From an uncultured delta proteobacterium (lineage in GTDB: Bacteria; Desulfobacterota; Desulfobacteria; Desulfobacterales; Desulfosalsimonadaceae): a DNA stretch of 64,000 bases. A program made the translations under genes and the position numbers. The notes under the pieces were generated by a model, which saw only the letters and a list, made by a program, of their open reading frames with translations, had not been told where the DNA came from and did no database searches. This document shows positions 59,225-64,000 of the stretch, one piece after another; position 1 is the first letter of the stretch; every line of letters begins with the position of its first letter. The stretch spans positions 608,001-672,000 of the forward strand of contig CAWGYD010000006.1 of the NCBI GenBank assembly GCA_963826785.1, in the 5' to 3' direction.

Positions 59225-61879
59225 CTAATTGCTCAGGTCCCCCACCGTTTCCATCTCGCGCGGCTTTTCCATCGCCTTTTTCATGGCCGCGCCCACCGCG
59301 GAGGGGACGACTTTGCGGTAGACGCTTTCCGGGGGCATCGATTTACCGTCGATGGTTAGCAGGTCCTCGATGCGGATATTGAAAAGCCGTTCGTTTTCCG
59401 TCAGGTACGGCCGTATCAGCTCCCAGTCCGCATCGGTTAAGGGGAGAAACATGCCGCCGTTTAACTGTCCGTCCACCATGATGCCGTGCGGGTCCCGGAT
59501 ATAGATGGCCCCGCCGGAGGCCAGCGAGAAGAGGTTGCCGCCGGGATAGGGCTGGGGCAGGGGAACGATGGCGCCGTCATCATCGAACCGGATGCCGTTT
59601 ACGATGACAAACCCGCCCCCCTGGTGGGGATCTCCGGCCATGAACGATTCGGCCAGAAAGTCGAGCGCCGTGCCGTTGATCACCACCCGGGGCCGCCCCA
59701 CGGAGTTGATGAGCGGGCCGGCCGGCGGCATTGCCCATCACATAGACCACCCCGCCCTTGGCGCCGTACATGAAGGTCTGGCCGACATCGCCGTAGACCA
59801 CCAGTTTGCCGCGCTTGAAAATCTGCCCCAGCTGATCCTGGGCATTGCCGTGAACCGTAACGGCCATCCCGTCGATCCCGGAGGCGAGGTAATCGCCGCG
59901 AGCTCCCGTACACGTCGATGACCACGTCATCCGTGTCCGGTCCGAGTCCGCACCCGACATATCGCTGGCCCGAACACCGGTAGCAGATAAATTTTCGCCA
60001 TCCTTTAATAAATGCGTCCACCAGAAGCGCCGCGTCGCAGTCATCGCCTTCCGGAGGAAACCCATGCGCGTTGATCACCAGGGTGGTCTTCGCCGGAAAG
60101 CGGCGCCCTCAGACAATGGCGGGTGTCAAAATCGATCAGGCGGTAGGGGCTTTTCTCCGCGTCCCCGGCGTCAATGGGCGGGAGGCTGCCGAAGAGGCGG
60201 TCGAGTTCCCCGTGGACAATATGCAGCAGATGGCTTCTTTTCTTGGCACCGGTCGGATATCGAAGATCGTTGAGCAGCGTCAATGACTGAATCGCCCTGC
60301 GGGTAAACCGGGGATTTTTCCCCTTTTTCCGGATCGCCTGGCAGGCGGCGCCCACATCGTCGAAATTCCAGCCGGGAACCGCGTCACGGACAGCGGCGAA
60401 AATATCGGCGGCATCGCCGGTTTCCATGCAGCCGTTGATCCTGCTCTCAATTTCCGGATGGGGCGCCGGTGATCCTTCGTTTTGTAAAATCGCATGATTC
60501 GGATTGCTCCGGCAGGGGAACTGCCGCGCCGAACTTGTCCGTGCAGCTGATCCGCATATTGCCGGCAAGCATCCGGCGCCAGATTGAAGATAAACGCCCC
60601 GCCGTCCGTGTGGCTGCCGCCCCGGGCGTTCCAGTACCGGTCCGCCACCGGGCAGATCCGCTTGTCGTCTTTGGCCAGGCTGGTGAGCGTGGCGTCGATG
60701 GCCTGCTTCTCGGATGCGATCAGACCGACCTGCACCTCTCCGTCCGCGAAGGCGAACACCTGGGGCCGCAGCATGGAGGTGTCGGTGATGCCCAGAAGCT
60801 GGAATTTATTCTTTTCGGGAATGTTGCGGGCGATGATGAAAAACCAGGGGCCGTCGGGCGAGCCGTGGATGTGCGTTGCCTGGATGGCCCGGTAGATCTT
60901 CTGCTTTTCGGCGGGCAGATGGTCAAAATCGAGTTCCGTGGTGGGCGCCAGCGCTTCGATGATGTACTCCAGCGGGTATTTGTAGGTCCGGTTGAGCAGG
61001 TCGAACATGAGGGCGGACACCTCCGTGTCGGTGATAAACTGCGGGAAGATGTTGCGCTGGAGCAGGTATTCGGTAACGCAGTGGTAATTGGCGAAATCGC
61101 CGTTGTGGACCAGGGCCATGTTGATCCCGGCAAAGGGATGGGCGCCGCCGGGATGCCAGACCCGCCCCTTGGTGGGAAACCGCTGGTGGGCGATCCAGGC
61201 ATGGGCGGCCAGATCTTCGATCTTGTAGTATTTTACGATGGCTTCGGCATAGCCGACCACCTTCAGGATCATGATGTTTCGGCCGTGGGACAGGACAAAT
61301 GCCTGCTGATCCTTAAGCGACGCGTAGTATTCCTGGTTGAGCCGGAAACTGTTCTGGTTGACAAACTCGTCTTCGGCTTCCCGGGGGGCGAATCCCTCAA
61401 ACCCGTTTTCTTCTATAAAGGTGGCAAGGACATCTTCCTTCACCCGGACGAAATACCGCCACACATCCGGCGGCCTGACTTCCAGTCCACTGACGGCTGT
61501 CCAGTCGTCCACTTTGTCCAGCGTCGTTTGAGGCTTTCACATCGAAATGGGGCGTGATGTATTTTTCCTCCAGCGCCGGCCGGACCTCCGGGTCCAGATA
61601 GGCCACATGAATCATGTAGCAGGTGTCCAGGATTTCCCGGCTGACCCCCAGCTGCTCCGGGACCAGGCCGACGGCGGCGATTCCCCCGCCTTTTCCGTTT
61701 CCGCGGTTGTGCATCAGCCGCGACGGCTCATATATGTGGCGTCCGGCCACCGGCTGGGTGCAGCAGAAGCCGACGACCCCGCAGCCCCCTTCTTCCTCGC
61801 CCTTTGCGACGCTGCAGGGAAGTTCAAGATTGCGGACGAGGCGTTTTTTTGATTCCAGAAGCTTTTGTATCCTATCCAA
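59225..61879 (-). CDS. Glutamate-synthase-like subunit: Ntn amidotransferase + GXGXG domain (about 5 frameshifts as given)
   Basis: EEEGGCGVVG, RGNGKGGG, AHQRFPT, AHPF, VHNGD, LRP, ASE; GNAQDQ, GDVGQTFMYGAKGG; likely TTG start 61879 after GGAG. Confidence 0.85.
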
Positions 61880-62060
61880 TTTCCAATGCTCCACGGTAGG
61901 TGTGGTCGAAAATATCATTCAAAGGGTTTATTTACGGGATGGCACGCATAAAAAAACGTCTTTCCCGGAAAAACCGGATAAGACGCCTTTGTCTTGTTCC
62001 TCTATTTTTGCTCGCTAAAACACGCCGTTGTGCTTTGTCGGGCAGCATGAAAGGTGCTGA

Positions 62061-62089
62061 AATATATTTTTTATTGATATGTTTGTCAA
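62061..62089 (-). promoter_or_regulatory. Sigma70 promoter of the glt-hdr-met operon
   Basis: TTGACA-N17-TATATT on minus strand. Confidence 0.65.
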
Positions 62090-62380
62090 GGAATTTAGAA
62101 AAAAATCAATTATTTAGCTAAACTTACGGATAATGGATTTTTTTAACTTTGGCTAACATGGAACAAGTCCATGCGGGAAGGCGTCATTGTGATCCCGTGA
62201 TATCTTAAAAACCAAAATAAAGGCCTTCGAATCGGAAACTACAGGTTTGACCCCATTCATATTCAGGAGACGTTTAAGGTATCCTTATCATCAAATCAGT
62301 TCAAAATTGCGCGCAGGCGGTGTTTTCAAATCAAGAAGAACCGGGCATGCCCTGTCCGTCTTTAAACCGAAAGCGATGAA

Positions 62381-62707
62381 ATGATGCCGATCACATTGAG
62401 CCGATATGCCCTGGTGGGAATGGTAGGGTTGATGGTGCTGGGCCTGGCCCTGATCGGGGCGGCCCTCTTCCGGCCGAAACCGCAGGCGCGGGATGTGCCG
62501 ACGGGTTGGCACCCGTATCTCATCGGGTACCCGGTTTACGCGCTGATATTTATCTCCTTCGACATGGAAATGATTTTCATGTACCCATGGGCGGTGGTTT
62601 TCGTGAAACACGGGGTAAAGGCTTTTATGGATATGCTGGTATTTATCGGGTTGCTGGCGGCCGGGATCAGTTACGCCTGGGGCATGGGGGGGTTCAAGTG
62701 GGAGTAG
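62381..62707 (+). CDS. nuoA: Complex I subunit A-like
   Basis: ALIFISFDMEMIFMYPWAV, YAW..GGFKWE. Confidence 0.85.
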   Translation: MMPITLSRYALVGMVGLMVLGLALIGAALFRPKPQARDVPTGWHPYLIGYPVYALIFISFDMEMIFMYPWAVVFVKHGVKAFMDMLVFIGLLAAGISYAWGMGGFKWE

Positions 62708-63600
62708 TGCTGACGGCATTTTATCTGATGGCGGGTCTTGCCGCCGGGGCCTGGCTCACCCAGCAGATCGAACGGCGGGTCTACGGCACCCGGTATGAAG
62801 CGGGCCCTGCCCGTCCGGTCAATTTCACTACCGTGCCGTCAACCCCCCGCGCGGACCGCTGGATGTATGCGGCCGGACCGGTCAGCGCCCTTTTCGGCGT
62901 TGCCGCGGCCCTGGTGGTCATCCCTTTCAGCCGAACCTGGATCGGGGCGGACCTGGGGATCGGCGTCTTCTATTTCATCGTGGTGGTGGATTTTACGGTA
63001 CTGGGGCTGGCCATGGGCGGATGGGGGGCCAACACGCCCGATGGCGCGGAAGTCTACTACCGCGCCACGGCCCAGCTAATCTCCTATGTGATCCCGCTGG
63101 GCCTGGCCTATATCGGGGCCATCATGATGGCAAAATCCCTTTCCACCGTCAAAATCGTGGAGGCCCAGTCCGGGCTCTGGTTCATTGTCACCCAGCCCGT
63201 CGGATTTGCCCTCTATGTGGTGACCGCCCTCATGCAGAGTTTTCGGCCCCCGTTTGTGGAAGCGTTTTCCAGAAAAATCGATTACGGGGTGCTGACCCTC
63301 TATGGCGGCGGATATGCCGTTATCTGGCGCGTGGCCATGTCCGGGCTGCTGTTCGCGGTATCGGCCATGGGCGCGGTCCTGTTTTTGGGGGGCTGGCAGG
63401 GGCCGCTGCTGCCGGGACCGGTATGGATGCTGCTTAAGACCTTGCTGATGATGCTTTTGCTCACCGTTGCCGGATCGCAAATCCAGCCGCTGACGACGCA
63501 CCAGATGCTTCAGTTTTCCTGGAAGGTGCTCACGCCGGTGGGGCTGGCCAATGTTTTGCTGGTGGGGCTGGAAATCCTGCTGGGGGTGGGAGTGAAATGA
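62698..63600 (+). CDS. nuoH: Complex I subunit H-like (divergent)
   Basis: ERR, VIPF, GW, R.TAQLISY, IVEAQ, LFLGGW, WK.LTP. Confidence 0.8.
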   Translation: MGVVLTAFYLMAGLAAGAWLTQQIERRVYGTRYEAGPARPVNFTTVPSTPRADRWMYAAGPVSALFGVAAALVVIPFSRTWIGADLGIGVFYFIVVVDFTVLGLAMGGWGANTPDGAEVYYRATAQLISYVIPLGLAYIGAIMMAKSLSTVKIVEAQSGLWFIVTQPVGFALYVVTALMQSFRPPFVEAFSRKIDYGVLTLYGGGYAVIWRVAMSGLLFAVSAMGAVLFLGGWQGPLLPGPVWMLLKTLLMMLLLTVAGSQIQPLTTHQMLQFSWKVLTPVGLANVLLVGLEILLGVGVK

Positions 63601-64000
63601 TACTGCATCCGATGGCCCAATGGGCCTCCTTCTTCATCTTTGCCTTTATCTCCGTGGCCGGCGCCGTCGGGATGGCTACCACCATGAGCATGTTCCGGTC
63701 CGGCATTTTCCTGATGGCCTCCTTCATCGGGGTGGCGGGCCTGTTTATCCTGCTGCTGGCCGACCTGCTGGCCCTGCTGCAGGTGATGATGTACATCGGC
63801 GGCATGCTGGTGATGATCCTGTTCATGGTGATGTTTTCACACGATCCCGGCGGCTCCATGATGGCGGGGATGAACATGTCCCCGGTGGAGGATTTCTTCT
63901 CCGCGGGCATCGTCCCCGAAAAGATGGAGCATATGGACATGAAAGGGATGTCCATGACCACCCCGGTAAAAAAACTGGCAGCGGTCATCGGGGTGATCAC
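63597..64000 (+). CDS. nuoJ: Complex I subunit J-like, partial, with Met-rich loop
   Basis: Manual translation: VAGLFILLLAD..ALLQVMMYIGGMLVMILFMVM; ATGA overlap with nuoH. Confidence 0.8.
   Translation, partial: MILHPMAQWASFFIFAFISVAGAVGMATTMSMFRSGIFLMASFIGVAGLFILLLADLLALLQVMMYIGGMLVMILFMVMFSHDPGGSMMAGMNMSPVEDFFSAGIVPEKMEHMDMKGMSMTTPVKKLAAVIGVI

Noticed and set aside
47639..61900. Programmed ribosomal frameshifting
   Set aside because: Too many shifts in varied contexts with no common slippery motif
62506..62697. N-terminal extension of nuoH in the ORF track
   Set aside because: Overlaps nuoA out of frame; real start likely GTG at 62698 or 62707

Overview
Anaerobic deltaproteobacterial-type DNA (Desulfobacterales-like gene content; an inference). 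(1) 0.4-26 kb: an apparently co-regulated copper/heme/Fe-S island. It encodes a monoheme outer-membrane barrel, a type-1 cupredoxin, a CuA-polyferredoxin membrane fusion, a CuA-cytochrome c, an ABC system, two NosL-like proteins, a TonB receptor operon, a 1247-aa secreted Asp-box propeller protein with two secreted neighbours, and a PAS kinase/sigma54-activator pair. No nosZ or heme-copper oxidase subunit I is present in the window. Three operons share paired TGTGYCATGRCACA palindromes (32 bp apart) placed about 110-125 bp from sigma54-like promoters. (2) 26-47.6 kb: mostly ordinary genes (RND pump, internally deleted GGDEF protein, 5'-nucleotidase, cytochrome bd with an unlisted small ORF, porin/lipoprotein/acyl-CoA ligase). 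(3) 47.6-61.9 kb, minus strand: a heavily frameshifted operon (probably sequencing indels) in which glutamate-synthase-like genes flank hdrC-hdrB-hdrA(GltD insert)-mvhD(Sec)-metV-mvhD'-metF. (4) 62.4-64 kb: start of a nuoA-nuoH-nuoJ operon with degenerate quinone-side loops and a Met-rich NuoJ insert. I recognised no rRNA, tRNA, CRISPR array or transposase.
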